A DNA stretch of 64,000 nt from the NCBI RefSeq assembly GCF_009914755.1, contig NC_060937.1; one strand, written 5' to 3'. Made by a program: the position numbers and the translations under genes. A model generated the notes under the pieces. That model was not told where the DNA came from. It saw only the letters and a program-made list of their open reading frames with translations, and made no database searches. Shown piece by piece: positions 40,313-55,910 of this stretch; position 1 is the first letter of the stretch; the number at the start of each line of letters is the position of its first letter. The DNA comes from the human T2T-CHM13v2.0 reference genome, Homo sapiens.

Positions 40313-43300
40313 TGTTGTTTAGTACATATAATTTTATTGATCATTCCTCAAGTTAATTGGTTCCATCCTCTGTCTTAGACACTCAATTATTGAGTTCATT
40401 CAGTGAGTTTTATTTCCTTATTTTAAATATTTTTTCACACTATTTTAAAATTACTGTCAATTATTTTCGGTAATTTACAATGTGAGTTATTCTATAATTC
40501 CCCTTTGGTATCTTTTATAAATTCTATTTCTCTGCTCTAATTTTTTGTTTCATAATTGATTTCAAGAGAATTTTTTATTGCTTATTGCAACATTTTATAA
40601 TGACTGCTCTAAAATACATGTCTGATTTATCTCTGATTTGGTGTCACTTATTTTTCTTCACTTAAATTTTGATTTTCCTGGCTTTTTTATAGTAGATGAC
40701 TATTAATTTTATTCAGGACATTTTGTCTAATATATTAGAAGATTATAGGTACAATTTAAATGCTGTATTTGAGAAGACAGTTATTCAAGTTTATCACACA
40801 GGCCTGCTTTTTTGGGGGTCTGGTTCCATTAACATTGTAATTTTCAAAATTTTCGCTATGCAGTTTTGGTCTGCTTGGTTTAGTTCTATTGGTATTGTCC
40901 AGTTTTTTATATGCTGGGGTTTACACTGTTCTCTGAATATGTTGCTTGACTGGGTAGAAGAAGTTTACCTAGGCCCTGATGGCTCAAAGAAGGAGGAGAG
41001 ACTTTCTGGCCAGTGTGGGCAACAAGTGCATTCTAGACCTAGTGTTTATTGTAAGTGAATTGGCCATGCCTGGATCTCCTCAGTGTCTGGGGTCTGTCCG
41101 TGGTAGATAGAGTTATTTGGCTTATGGGAGGAGGTGTGCTTCCTAGGCCTGATCACATATTCTGTGGTTATCTTAATTGCCAGTATTGTCTAGAACCCAA
41201 TAGTTCTAGCTGGAGAAGGATTCCTATAGTCTCTGGTGACATAGAACATTTTCCAGAATTGGCATATTTTTAAGGGGTGAATTTTCTCTTCAGAAGCTGC
41301 TCAACTGTTTTGGTGTCTCTGTAGTGGAAAGGACTATTTGGTTCACAAAGATAAATAACAGTAGCACACGCTGACCTGGCACTTACTGTGGTGCAATGCC
41401 TTTTGCTGGATATTCTGACTATCTGGCATCTTTGAATGGGAGAAAGTTCTTTCTATTGCTGTTTGCCAGTTGGGATTTTGGTTGATCCCCACTTGCTGGT
41501 ACTGCTGGGCTTACCAGGACACTCTTTTGACCTAATGAAAGAGTGAGACGACCTCGTTGCCTTCTGTAACTAGTATGGAAATCAGAAAACTCTGGACATT
41601 CTGCTTTTGGATAAGGGGTTAAAAGAGTCCTTACCTAAACACTGTCCCTTCAGTCTTGGAGTCCCTAACCAATGTGTCTTTTATCTCTTAGTTTCTCAGA
41701 TTACTCATTTGGCTTCCTATTGTTTTATTTCCATGGTTGACAGTGTTATTTGGGGTTTGGAGGGTGACTGATGTGAGGACGAGGTAAGCCTATGCCATCT
41801 TGTTCAGATTGTTTTTTATCTTTCCTTCAAGCTTTTGCTTTTATCTTTGCTATATATTATAAATTAAAGCAGCATTTCTGTAATTTTGAAAAACATACAA
41901 TATATGTAAACATTTAGTATTCCAAAACAGATGAATAATTGCATTTATATCTCATTTATCTCACTATAGTGATTACTAAATTACATTCCTAATCATTTAG
42001 GTAGCAGAGGAGAGATCTCATATCTCACTTTGCTATGGCAAAGTAATCCATATTTAACATGTTGCTCACTTAAAAATCTAGTTTCTCAGATTGTCTTGTT
42101 TTATATATCTTGTCTTCTAAACATTTCTTTAATTACATTATGCACTAATGCGTTGCATTTAAATTACTTCATATCAAGCTCTCTTCATGTTCTTATATCT
42201 GTATGCAGTAACTTTATTGATAAAACATAGTTTCTGGGTGCCCTCTAAACTAGCTGGATATTTAACATTTGGGTCATAACATTGTCCTCTATGCAACTTA
42301 TGAATCAATTTGATGATCTATTTATGCCGGGATTTATAACCTAACAGATGTCTGTATAGTTAGATACCCATATGAATACTGTATCCTGTGGTTTGTAATG
42401 TGTTTCAGTTAATCAGCTATGACTGAGATTAAAAGAATATCAAAAATAATTTAGCAAAATCATTATTAATGGCTAAAGAACAATTGTGTTTTTACATTGT
42501 ATTGAGGATTCTTTAAAAATTACATAAGAGCAAAGACAAACTAAAGCAAAAATTGTCTGTATGACATTTTAAATTATGATATAAAGTGTTAAAGTGAAAT
42601 AATTGAGCATTTATTTTGTGCCTAGCACTGTGAACACTATACTGCATGCATTTGTATTATTAATAAAAATGAACACAATGACAATAGAAACTTACAGCCA
42701 TTGAGAAATCATATTTAAGTGTTGTTGTTCAGATCAGTTATGTGATAACAGTTGTAAATCGTGGTGAATAAGCATTTTACATTTCTACTAGATATACTTA
42801 TGTTTATAATAACTTCTGTCAAAAATATCAATACTACATTTTATTATATGTATGGGAAAATTTGAATTTATTTACATTTTATCTCACATGTTATCGACCT
42901 TTAGCTATCACTATGAAACTATGTGAGGAAAGAATATAGATTTTCAAAAGGTTTTTAGGGTTAATAAGCAAAATAATTTGAATACCACTGCTAGGAATAT
43001 TTTATTCTAAAAAATATTACTGGTGGGAGGAATTGATGTGGTTATATGCAATAGTAAAAATATTCTAAAGTCAACATCTATCTAATGGGAAAAAAGAATA
43101 CAATAATATGGTGGAGTAATACATGGAGGGAGATTTATGCAAGAAAGATAAAAAGGCACAATACTGTAGATTGGAATAAGTATGTTGTGGGAAAACATTT
43201 AATAGATTCTGTTTTGCTAGATTGTGTTTGATTAATAGCTTTTGAGGGGCAGTATGAAGTTATAACTGAAAAATTATATATTATGTAGGATATGGAGAAA

Positions 43301-43598
43301 CTAGAACGCCAGATAATATATATTACATTTTATAATTAAGCATTTAGAAAGCAATTTATACTTTAAAAAGGACATGATGACATGACATAATCTTGTCTTA
43401 AAAATAATAATTCACAAAAATAGACACATAGAACAGGGCAGAGACCCCTGAAATAAAGCTACAACACCTACAAACAACTGATCTTCAACAAAGCTGACGA
43501 AAACAAACAAGCGAGAAAGGGATTACATTCAATATATGGTGCCTGAAAAACTGGCTAAACAGATGCAGAAGAATAAAACTGGACCTTTGCTTCACACC

Positions 43599-43630
<32 letters not shown>
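43599..43630. repeat. (GATA)n microsatellite
   Basis: About 8 AGAT units. Confidence 0.9.
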
Positions 43631-43714
43631 CTGTCTATATATAACTAACTCAAAATGAATTAAAAACTTAAATGTTAAGTCTTCAAACTATAAACATTCT
43701 ATAAGAAAATGTAT

Positions 43715-44064
43715 TGATATGGTTTGGCTCTGTGTCCCCACCTAAATCTCACCTTGAATTGTAATAATCCCCATGTGTCAAGGATGGACCAAGTGAAAAT
43801 AATTGAAACATGGGGACAGTTTTTCCTATGCTGTTCTCGTGATACTAAGTGAGTTCTTACACAATCTAATGGTTTTATAAGGGGCTTTCCTCTTTGCTGG
43901 ATACTCTTTCTCTCTCTTGCCACCCTGTGAAGAGGAGCTCCACCATGATCGTAAGTTTCATGAGGCTTCCCCAGCCATGTGTAACTGTGAATCAATTAAA
44001 CCTCTTTTCTTTATTACTTACTCTCAGGTATTTCTTCATAACACTGTGAGAATGAACTAATACA
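43715..44064 (+). mobile_element. THE1D solo LTR
   Basis: TGATATGGTTTGGCTCTGTGTCCCCACC...aataatccccatgtgtcaagg...CTAATACA. Confidence 0.9.
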
Positions 44065-44809
44065 CCTAGGAAATACTCTTCTAGACATTGTCCAGGCGAA
44101 TAATTCATGACTAAGTCCTCAAAAGCAAATGCAACAAAAACTCAACAATTGGGACATAGTATTCAAACAACAAAATAAGAAAGTCATTTTGCTTCCATAA
44201 GTAGTCATAAATCTATTTACTAATGTAACTGTATAATATATAAATTACACAGTTTGAATTATGATAATAACATATTTATTAAGAAAACATAGAAGTTTAG
44301 TGTGGAAATATGTCATAACTATTAATTTCAACATCTATAATTTAAAAATATTTTATGTGCATTATATTTCACAATATTAAATATTTTAACAATAAATAAG
44401 TAAACAATGCAGGAACGTAAGAGCTTTGTAGAAGTCTGTTTTATTATTCACTTATTGTTACAAATAATTTTTATTTATCCAAAGGCATTGCATTTAGAAT
44501 AAATCTACAGTCCTAATAGTGCCCAAAAGTATTTAATATTCCTCAGTCTGCACATAGATTTTATTTGTAAATCTTGTTATCATATGATTTATCTTTCCAA
44601 AAAAAATTATTTTCTCCATGTTCTTTTTGCTACTGCCCTTTTACATCTCCAAAAGGAGTTTAACTTCCTATCATATATCAATTGGGAAACTTGGAATATT
44701 CAAAAGTAAAGCTTTGGACTTGTCACCAAGAAATATGAGGGTTTATTGATCATAAAGATCCAAACATACAATAATTAAGCATTAAAGTACTAAACTTTTT
44801 GCCTGATTT

Positions 44810-47790
44810 TTTTTTTCCTTTATGTACCAACTTTTATTTTATATTCAGTGGTACATGTGCATGTTTGTTACCTGAGCATATTGTGTTATGCTAAAGTTTT
44901 TGGTATGAATTATCCTGTTACCCAGGTACCAAGCATAATATCCATCAATTTGTTTTTTCATCTTTGTCCCCTCCTTCTCTTCCCCATCTACTAGTCCCCT
45001 TAGTCATTTATTGCCATCTTTATATCCATGAGAATGTGGTGTTTAGCTCCCATTTGTAAGTGAGGAAATGTGGTAGTTGGTTTTCTGTCCCTGTGTTAGT
45101 TCACTTATGTAATGGCTTTCAGCTATATCCATGTTGATGCAAAGGATATGTTTTTATTCTTTTTAATTGCTGCATAGTATTCCGTGGTGTATACGTGACA
45201 CATTTTCCTTACCTGATTCACCATTGATTGGCACCGAGATTGATTCCATGATTTTGCTATTGTGAGTAATGCTGCTGTGAATATATGGGTGCATGTGTCT
45301 TTTTGGTAGAATAATTTGTTTTCTTTTGGATATATAACCGGTAATGAAATTGCTGGCTCAAATGGTAGCTCTGTTTTAAGTTCTCTGAGACATCTCAAAA
45401 CTTCTTTCCATAGTGGCTGAACTTATTTACAATTCCAACAATAGTGTATAAGCATTCCCTTTTCTCCACAGTCTCACCAACCTCTGTTGTTTTTAGCTTT
45501 TAAATAGTAGCCATTCCAATTGGTGTGAGATGGTATCTCATTATGGTTTTGATATGTATTTATCTGATGATTAGTGATGATGAGCACATTTTCATGTTTC
45601 TTGGCCACTTATACATCTGCTTTTGAGAAGTGTCTGTTTACATCTTTCGCCTATTTTTAAAAAACAGGGTTTTTTTTTGTTTTTTGATTGTTCAATTGTT
45701 TAAATTTCTTATATGGATTCTGGATATTAGACTTTGGTCTGATGCATAGTTTGTGAATATTTTTTGCTATTCTTTAGATTATCTATTTGCTCTGCTGATA
45801 GTTTCTTTTGCTCTGCAGAAGCCTCTTTAGTTTAATTAGGTCCCAATTCTCAATTTTTGTTTTTGTTGTAATTGCTTTAGAGGACTTAGTCATAAACGCT
45901 TTCCCAAAACCCATGTCCAGAATGATGTTTCTTAGGTTTTCTTCTAGGGTTTTTATAGTTGTAGGTCTTACATTTACATTTTTAATCCATCTTGAGTTAA
46001 TTTTTTATATGGTGAAAGTTAAGGGTTGAGTATTAATCTTCTGCATATGGCTACCTATCGCAGCACCATTTGTTGAATAGGGAGTCTTTTTCACATTGCT
46101 TATTTTTGTCAACTTTGTGAAAGATTACATGGCTATAGTTGTGCAGCCTTATTCCTGGGTTCTCTATTCTGTTCTATTGGTCTTTTTGTCTGTTTTTGTT
46201 CCAGTACGATGCTGTTTTGGTCACTATAGCCTTACAGTACAGTCTGAAGTCAATTAATGTCATGCCTTTGGCTTTGGTTTTTTTGTTTTGAATTAGTTTG
46301 GCTACTTGGGTTCTTTTTTGGTTCCATGTGAATTTTAGAATAGTTTTTTCCCAATTCTGTAAAAAATGACATTGGTAGTTTGATAGGAATAGTGCTGAAT
46401 CTATAGATGGCTTTAGGCAGTGTGGTCATTTTAACAGTATTGATTCTTCCAATCCATGAACAAGGAATACTTTTCCACTTGTTTTTGTCTCTTGTGGTTT
46501 ATTTTAACAGTGGTTTTGTAGTTCTCCTTGTAGAGATCTTTCACCTCATTGGTTAGATGTATTCCTAGGTAATTTGTTTGGACGTTTGTGAGCTATTGCA
46601 TATGGAATTGAGTTCTTATTTTGGCTCTCAGTTTGAACAGTTTTGTCATAAAGAAATGCTGCGAAGTTTTATACATTGATTTTGTAACCTGAAACTGCTG
46701 AAGTTATTTATCTCCCCCATGAGCCTGCTGATGGAGTCTTTATGGTTTTTGAGCTATAGAATTATATCATTCACAAAGGAAGAGTTTGAGTTCTTTTCCT
46801 GTTTGGATGCCTTTAATTTCTTTCTCTGTCCTGATTGTTCTGGCTAGTACTTCCAGTACTAGGTTGAATAATGGTGGTGAGAGTGGGCATCCTTGTCTTG
46901 TTCCAGTTCTCAGAGGGAATGATTTCAGATTTACCCATTCAATATGATATTGGCTTTGGGTTTGTCATGGATGGCTCTTGGTATTTTGAGATATGTTCCT
47001 CGGATGCTTAGTTTCTTAAAGATTTTTAACATGAAGGAATGTTGGACTTCATTGAAAGCTTTTTCTGTGTCCATCGAGATGATATTATGGTTTTTGTTTT
47101 TAATTGTTTTTAGGGTGAATCACATTTATTGATTTGTGTATGTTGAAACTTGCATTCCAGGGATGAAGCCTACTTTATCATTGTAAATCATCATTTTGAT
47201 GTGCTGCTGAATTTGTTATGCTAGTATTTTGTTGAAGATTTTTGCATCAATGTTCATGAGGGTTATTGTCCCGTAGTTTTCCTCTTTTTGTTGTGTCTTT
47301 GCCAGCTTTTGGTGTCAGGGTGGTGCTGGCTTTGTAGAATGAATTAGGCAGGAGTCCCTCCTCAATTTTTTGAAATAGTTTCAGCAGAGTTAGTACCAGC
47401 CCTCCTTTGTACCTCTGGTAGAATTCAACTGGGAACGTATCTGGTCTACAGCTCTTTTGGTTGTTAGTTTTTGTTTTATTTCATTACTGATTCAATTTCA
47501 GAACTCGACATTAGTATGCTCGGTGTTTCCATTTCTTCCTGGTTCAATCAAAGGTCTCTGAGGACCTTTCATCTTTCTGTGGGATCAGTTGTAGTGTCAC
47601 TTTTTCATTTCTAATTGTGTTTATTGGATCTTGTTTCTGTTTACATTTGTTAATCTAGCTAGCAGTCTTTTGATTTTGTTTATTCTTTCAAAGGACCAAG
47701 TTTTGGTTTTACTGTTGTTTTATCTGGATTTTGGGGTGTCCATTTCATTCAGCTCCCCTCTGATTTTAGTCGTTTCTTTTTTTTCTTCAA
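44810..47790 (-). mobile_element. LINE-1 (L1PA15/16-like), 5'-truncated, ~3 kb
   Basis: Antisense 3'UTR then ORF2; ORF 45123-45398 (LRELKTELPFEPAISLPVIYPKE) is the ORF2 C-terminus. Confidence 0.9.
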
Positions 47791-48984
47791 GCTTTACCAC
47801 CCTGAAAGTGCCCAATCTCATCTTGCCTGCTTCTTGATGGGATTTGGGTAATAAGTCAATGGTGATTTTAAAGTCTAGATTATAATATATATCTTTAAAT
47901 GAACTTGAGGTATCACATTAATCCTTTCTGTTGTTGTTCATAGTTCCTACTTATTACTAACCATCTGGGTTAGATAGGCATACAGAGAAGATCTCAATTT
48001 CTGGGAGAATAAGTACAGTAAATATAAGGTGATATAGCATGAAAAACATAGTGTCAAAATACATAAATATTTATACCACCAAAAATACATACAAACATGT
48101 GTCTCTTATATTCCAACTCAATCTTTTATCTATCTTTGCTTTTTTAAGAGACTAATTTTGTAATTTTATGTTTGAGACCTGAAATACATATAGACAGATT
48201 CACATATTAAGTACAATTGTTCAACAGCAGAATGACTTCTACAAACTCAGGTCATGTTTTCATTTTCCAATACAATTCTCTAGGATTTAACACTATATAT
48301 CACTTATTTATTGAATAATATATATGTTAGTTTCAAAATTAGATATTTTAAAAAATTTGAGAGGAAAGTAATTAGATTTTAAATGATATTTAATGGAAAG
48401 AAACTAACTTTTAAAAAATGATGAAAGAGAAGTTCTATATTTTTGAAAAAGCTCTACACCTTTTCTAGTTCATCACATACCAATAATTTTGGAAAATATT
48501 ATTTTCCTTACAAGCAGTTAAAGTCATATCAATAGAAGCAGCTACGTTAAAGAGTTATTGTGTAACGGGTAGTATAGAGTTAGTAATATTATAAGGAAAT
48601 AGGCATTGATTAATTTAGTTGGGGGGAAATGTTCAGTGTCTTACAAATGCTGACAGAAGCAGACTGCTTATCTCTGACCTTCTTTAGTCATACAGCACAA
48701 TTAATTGCATTTATGCATGACAGATTGTTGCATTGTCTTCATTTATCTAAACAATAATTTGCCTTTTAGTTCATTTGACTTTGAAAATATTTTTGACATT
48801 TGTATACTGAAAATGTAGTGTCACACTGGTACCTTATTTTCAACCTCAAGGACATAATTAGTAGCATAGTGGAAAAATTGAAGGCATTGGATACCTTACA
48901 GAGTGAGATTATTTGTATCATCATATTCAAAACAGTCTTCCTGCTTTTTACTTTTTATATTGTCATATTACTATAGGTTGTGTA

Positions 48985-49140
48985 TGTGTGACAGAGAGAG
49001 AGAGAGAGATCAAGATGGAGAAAAACTGATAAATCATATACAGAAAGGCAGAAAGAAAGACAGAAAGAGGAGAGGTAGAGAGAGGGGAAGAGGATAAAGA
49101 GAGAAAGAGTGATTTGTGGGAAAAAAGACAGAAGGAAAGA
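48985..49140. repeat. GA-rich low-complexity/(GA)n tract
   Basis: Direct inspection. Confidence 0.75.
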
Positions 49141-50054
49141 ATTAATTTTCATATTAGATGTAAATATTGTTTTGGTGAATGCATGCCTGAAAAATGTCAT
49201 AACATTTTCCTAGTTCTACTGTTGTATTCATACAAATGTGATGATGTACTAGCTGATATAAGTTAGACAATGCTTATTTGAAATTAAAATTTATAAATTT
49301 TAATCATTAATGGGGTATTAGCAATCTCAGAGCAACAAGTTATGAAGAACGGATCTAAGATAAGAAAGATTAGTGAAAAATTGATAGAATTCAGTGAAGA
49401 AAGTATCAGCTAAATTGGTTAAAAACAACAGTTTTCCCAATAATATACTGAAGGACTTAACCTGATAAATCAGAATGCTTAAAATAAACTTCTTAGCTTC
49501 AGAATACATTGTAAAGGAAAATGTGGATTATAGAGAAAGTCTTTAAAGGTTTTTACACTGGGGCAGGGATTGCAGGATTTCCACACCTTTAACATTCTCT
49601 GGATTTAATTTTCTTCAAATGCTAGGTGCCCAAGATCTTCAAATATTCATCAATTTTAAAGAAGCATAACAGAGAAATACAGAATAATATATATTTATAG
49701 AACATACTGAATTTCCACATATTTTCTCCAGAGTTTGTGTTTATATTGTTTTGCCAAAGAATCATTTCATACCAACCTAGCAGTAAGAGGAAATTTGAAG
49801 TTAGTTTCTTATATTGAATGGAATTTCACATCAATAGTGAATGGGATTTCACATTACAGTTCATTTACACAAAATAGTTTCAGGATATATATATATATAT
49901 ATATGAAAAATATTACTCAAAGTGATTCTGAAATTTAATTTCCTTAAAATGCTTTGGACATAATTCTCTAAGAATACTTTGTCACTTTTCATAAAAAGAA
50001 AAGTGCATTTGTATCTCTTTATTCATCACATTTGTCAGTAATGTACATTTAAAA

Positions 50055-50280
50055 TAATAATAGCCTCTTCAAATATTGTTGCACAGGTAATATGCCATGC
50101 AAAGTGGGCTAAGCATTTTACATGCCTTATGTCATTTAATCCACTCAACTATTACATGTGAGGAAGCTGAAGTGTTGAGTAGTTAAGTAACTTAATGGAA
50201 GTTTCAGAGTTGGCAAATGGTTTATATGGAACCTTAAGGAAGTTTCTCTGAACTCGAAGATCACGCTTTTAACCATTCTG
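50055..50280 (-). mobile_element. MIR
   Basis: gctaagcattttacatg..ttatgtcatttaatcc...tgaggaagctgaag. Confidence 0.65.
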
Positions 50281-50584
50281 TTATTTAACAGTATTTGAAC
50301 TCTAAATATCTGTGGGTACACAAGCATAAAATCATTTACTTGGAAACTTCAAAAAAAGATATAAGACTTTTTTATTAGTATTGTATTTTGAATGATTGTT
50401 TTGCATAAAATTATACATCCTTTTTATCACAAATGCATTTTTAGAAGCTATAAAAGTAAATAAAAAGGGCACAATGTTAAGAATATTTCAAAATCTTGCA
50501 GTAATCTTTTTGTCCTATAAATTTTTGAGTTATATGCATTTTATTTTCAAATTGCATATAATAGTTTTGTTTAAAAGCAGGATA

Positions 50585-50960
<376 letters not shown>

Positions 50961-51185
50961 TCATGGAGTAAAGTCAAATGAAGAATGGCATTTCCGCACA
51001 TAACAGCCACTAATTGGGTTGTGGTTTGGTTTTTGCAAAAAGGCATATCCCTAAAGAGTAAGTTGAACATATTTTGCCCCCTGACAATAGCTTAGTAGAT
51101 GGAAAAGTTACATTACATTACTTTCAATCATCAGCTTTGAGCAACTAATTTACTAGGAATGCCTTGTTTCATTCTAATTCCTTGA

Positions 51186-51494
<309 letters not shown>

Positions 51495-53989
51495 TCTAAT
51501 TCCTTGATGTATCTAAGGAATAGTCATCTAACAGTGGGACAAGAACTAGTGGAAGTAGTTGGAGATTTATTCAAAGACAGCAGTGACTGGAAATACTTGC
51601 AGGGTCCTGAGCAAGTGTGAGTTTTAAGTAACCTCCTGCCCCTCTGTAGATTCTGCAAGGCATCGGTAATGAGAACAGGACTTTTATTTTAAGTCTTATA
51701 GTTATTAGATGTATAATGAAAGTGTATAATGGAGAGACAGTCTGTTGTGTACAAATATTGTTCAGCAATTTGATTAATTGGAGCAGTTGTGTTTCCTTCT
51801 TTTCTATTCATTTATTTTTTCATTTTTTCCCCTTTGTCCATCTTTGCCTTCTGCTCACTCCCAATCAGCATTGTCTTCAAACAGACTTTTGTACAAACAA
51901 CTCATGTTGTTTATTTTACATTATAGGTGAATTTCTGTATATTGAGGGAGTATTCAAGAGTATAAAAGTAGGAAAAGTTATGTCAATCAGATACTCAAGA
52001 GGATGGCAGGATTGTCTCTATCCTAGCAAAAGCTTGTCATTGATACATACTCTTTAATATAGTGTGTGTCAAGGCTCCTTTTTTTCCTTTATCCCCCAAA
52101 GACAGAAAGCCATTCAGTTAGAAAATGTTGACATGATTCAAACATTGCAATAAATTTAGCTCTAGGCATATTCAAATATTATTAAAATCATGAAGTGGAC
52201 TGTTTTAATAAAATGCTGATATGTATAATTATTATATAGTAGTGTTAAATTATAGATGTAGGTTTCATAATGTTTTTATATTATATTACAACTTATAAAC
52301 TCCCGAAATTATAGGAATGATTTATAAAAATGATTGCAGACTTTTGCCCATTTTCCATTCCCAGAAACGAGACCGTTGTCTGTTCATTTCTCCCCTTGAT
52401 AGACACATTTGGTTTCATTTATACAGAAAAATTTTCTCATTCCAGCTTTCAGAAAAAAATATATAAAAAAATATATAAAAGGCAAATTATGTTTCCAACA
52501 TTAACAAATAAATATTTAAGCTGAATGATAATTTTATAATAAAGTATGTTCATATTCATATCAACAAGAATAACTATTTAGTAGAATAAAGTTACATAGA
52601 CTAAAATGTGTTATTTATTTGTAAGGTAATGCTGGAACAAAGAAACGTAATCATGTTATTGCTTTTAAAATAACTTGTATCTGGGAGATAGAAGCCTATT
52701 ATTTTTCTAAATCTCAAATCTATGACTTTTCTAGAAAAAAAGAAGTTAATAGCCTTCCATAAAAAAGAAACATATAGAAATCTTTCATTATTTACCAATA
52801 ATCTAGTCTTTAATTCATTATACATTATGTCTCTTCTATATTAGTTATCATTATTTTCTAGTTTTTAAAAAATGTTTAATTCTTGAGGAAAATGCTATTT
52901 AATTGAAGTTCACACTAAGCTGCATAATGGGAAGAGACAGGATGTTATATCACCTTGTTTACATATTATTTAGGGAAAAGTAACAAAACATTTTCAAAAT
53001 ATGTACAAAGATTTTTATACATTTTTCATTGTTTGCTTTCTTAAAATTAAATTTTTTTATATCCAGTTTTTTGTGTACGATCACATATTATTAAAATATT
53101 GCTCCTGTAAAGCTTTACAAAATGCTATATTTATATTCAGCCATCTGAAGCTAGTAGTAATCATTATGAGAAGGGATTGAGAGTAGGCAGGAAATGATAT
53201 GAAATCAAGCATTGTCTGTGCCAGCCATGGTGTGTGTAGACGTTTCTATTTTACCTGGGAAAAATTCTAATAATATTTATTCATAATCTATCACTATTTT
53301 CATAAATAGTTATATCAATATTTGTATTAATACAATATTATCCAATTGAATAACAATTGTTTTATTACTAAAAATATAATTAAAATAACTAAATTTACAA
53401 TTGTATGGGAATTTTTTATCTTAGACTTTCCATAATATTTTGCATAAAATGGACAATAAATCAATGCTACTATCTTTGGCAACGTGATGGAAGTATTTAT
53501 TTTTATTAAGCAATTTCTATCTTTGTTTCATTTATATTGCAATGAAAGTTAAAATAAAATATGTGTAATAATAAAAAATTCCTCCCTACAAAAACATCGT
53601 TAGAGAAACGTTACGACATTCAGCATTACAGAGATAACAATTTATGGTTTATTTGGCAAATTCAAAATTGTCTGCACAACACTAACATTCAAAATATGTA
53701 TGATGATATTTGTCTGATGAAAAGTCTGAATATCTGTCATACTTACAGAAGTAAAATGAATTATTAGAATTTTTTATTAATCTCATATTCTAGATTTTTA
53801 ATTAAGCCAAAAGCTTTACATTAGAGGAGAGACAGTATCCAGAAAAATAAACAAGCAATAGTTATTATTAATACAAAAACATTTTAAGAATGCTTATTGA
53901 AACCATGATCATTTAGATAAGAATTCAAATTAATTTTTAAAATATTATTTAAGACAGCATTATGAATATTTGTTATAAAGCTAAGGTTA

Positions 53990-54820
53990 TTTTCTTTTAA
54001 ATAAATGTTTAACTTCAGAATAATTTTAGATTTATGGAAAAGTTGCAAAGATTTTATAAGGAGTTTCTGTCTACCCTTTATTCATTTTCTCTTGGTATTA
54101 TTAAATTATATAATCTGGATACATTTATCAAAACTAAGAAAACAATTTTGCTACATTAGTGTTAACTACACTCTAATGTTTATTTGTATTTCACTAGATT
54201 TTTCCATTATAGCCCTTTTATATTCCAAGATCCATATTACTTTGAGACATCAATTATCTTTATCTCTAGTGGTCTATGAAAGATTCCTAGTCTTTCTTAT
54301 TTCTCGTGACTTTAATAGTTTTAAGAACTGGTCCAGTTTTTATAGAATGTTTCTCAAGATAAGTTTATTGTTTTTCTCATGCTTAGACAGAAGTTATATA
54401 TTTTTGGAGATAATTCACAGAGGTGAAGTATCCTGTTACTGTTTTTCCTTTTCTCAGTTCTTTGGAATCCAATCACGAAGTCAAGCTCACATTCAAAGAG
54501 TAATTATGTAGATTATTTCTAATTCTTCCAAAAGGAAGATTTGTCCCATCTTTCCCTGCCTTCTTTTTTGTGACCCTAGTATTCATGTCAATATAGACTC
54601 ATGCTTATTATGTTAATTTTGCATTAGAATTCACTACTATGTTATTTGTTGCTCAAATTATTTTTTGCTTGAATACTCATGCTCTTAGAGTGTGGCACCT
54701 GAGTGCCTTTGATATACCTATTTTTGTTTGTCTGTTTGAGTAATTTCTTATTTCTGGCATGACATGATATTCCACACCTATCTTATGTTTTACTACCCTA
54801 CCCTGGAAACAGTTATTTAT
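53990..54820 (-). mobile_element. L1MC/L1MD-like 3'UTR
   Basis: agaataattttagatttatggaaaagttgcaaagat typical antisense L1M 3' end. Confidence 0.7.
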
Positions 54821-55910
54821 CTATTTATCTAGTGGTCAAATTTTATTTATTTATTTATTTTTTAAGCTAATCCATTTGAGCATGCTTTCTGGAAAAACAA
54901 ATAGAAAATATAACACAATCCCCAGAGGCTGAAAAGTCTATAATGACTTTCATTTAATATTTAATTATTTGAATTCATTTACCTCCAAATTACTCAAAAT
55001 GTATTTCCAAGCTCAGGTTAGAGACCTTGTATTAGTTTTTTGTGAACAAAGCCAACAGGGCTTCCCACATTGAATTCCTGCCAGGTAAAGCTATCTGATG
55101 ACCTTCTTGAGTGGTTGCATCTGTCTCAAGGTCACGTATACTTTGGGCATATTCTGTAATTTATATTACCTTATCTTTGATTAGCATATCTTTAAAGTGA
55201 TATTGCTTGACTTTATGTCACCAGAAAGTGTTTCAGTGATTGTTTTAATGGCTTATTCATTATTAATTTATTTTTTATTTTCATTTTAATCATATAATTT
55301 AAAATTGTATTTTACATATTATTTTACTGTATTCTTTTAGTTGCTTTCTAACTCTTTAAATTACTTTAAACATATTTACTGATTATTAATTTTTTTTTCC
55401 CAAAGGATGTTGGAGGAAACACAATTTACTTGAAATACTAATTAATTTCAGCAGGTAATAGGTTTCTGTTCTATAAAAAATGCATTGAATTAAATATACT
55501 AGGTTTATTTGCTACAAGACTTACTAGTTTGTATTAAGTGTGGTAGATCTCATAATGGTCTTCCAAACATGTCCACATCCTACTTCCTATAACTTACAAA
55601 TATATTACCATATATGGTATATGGACTTTGCTGATGTGATGAAATTAATACTTTTGAGATGAGAGTATCCATATTGTTCGGAGGGTCTGCATCAAAGAAT
55701 GAGATGTGAAAATGAAAAGAGAGGTAAGGTGACACAAGATCACAAGCCAAGAAATGTGCACAACCTTTAGAGGCTAGAGAAGAAAAGTAAACAAGTTTTC
55801 TCTTTGAGTCTCCATAAGAAACACAGTCCTGGCAACATATTGATTTTAGCCCAGGAAAAGCATTTTAAACATCTGACCTGTGAGATAATTAATTCATGTT
55901 GTTTTTAAAA

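Larger units (their letters stand above)
43405..44160 (+). mobile_element. L1P ORF2 fragment split by a THE1D LTR, with internal (GATA)n
   Basis: aactgatcttcaacaaagctgac...; resumes cctaggaaatactcttctagacatt after the LTR. Confidence 0.8.

Noticed and set aside
54005-54511. Longest ORF (168 aa, + strand)
   Set aside because: Antisense to an L1M 3'UTR; F/L/I-rich composition reflects T-richness, with no domain or splice context.
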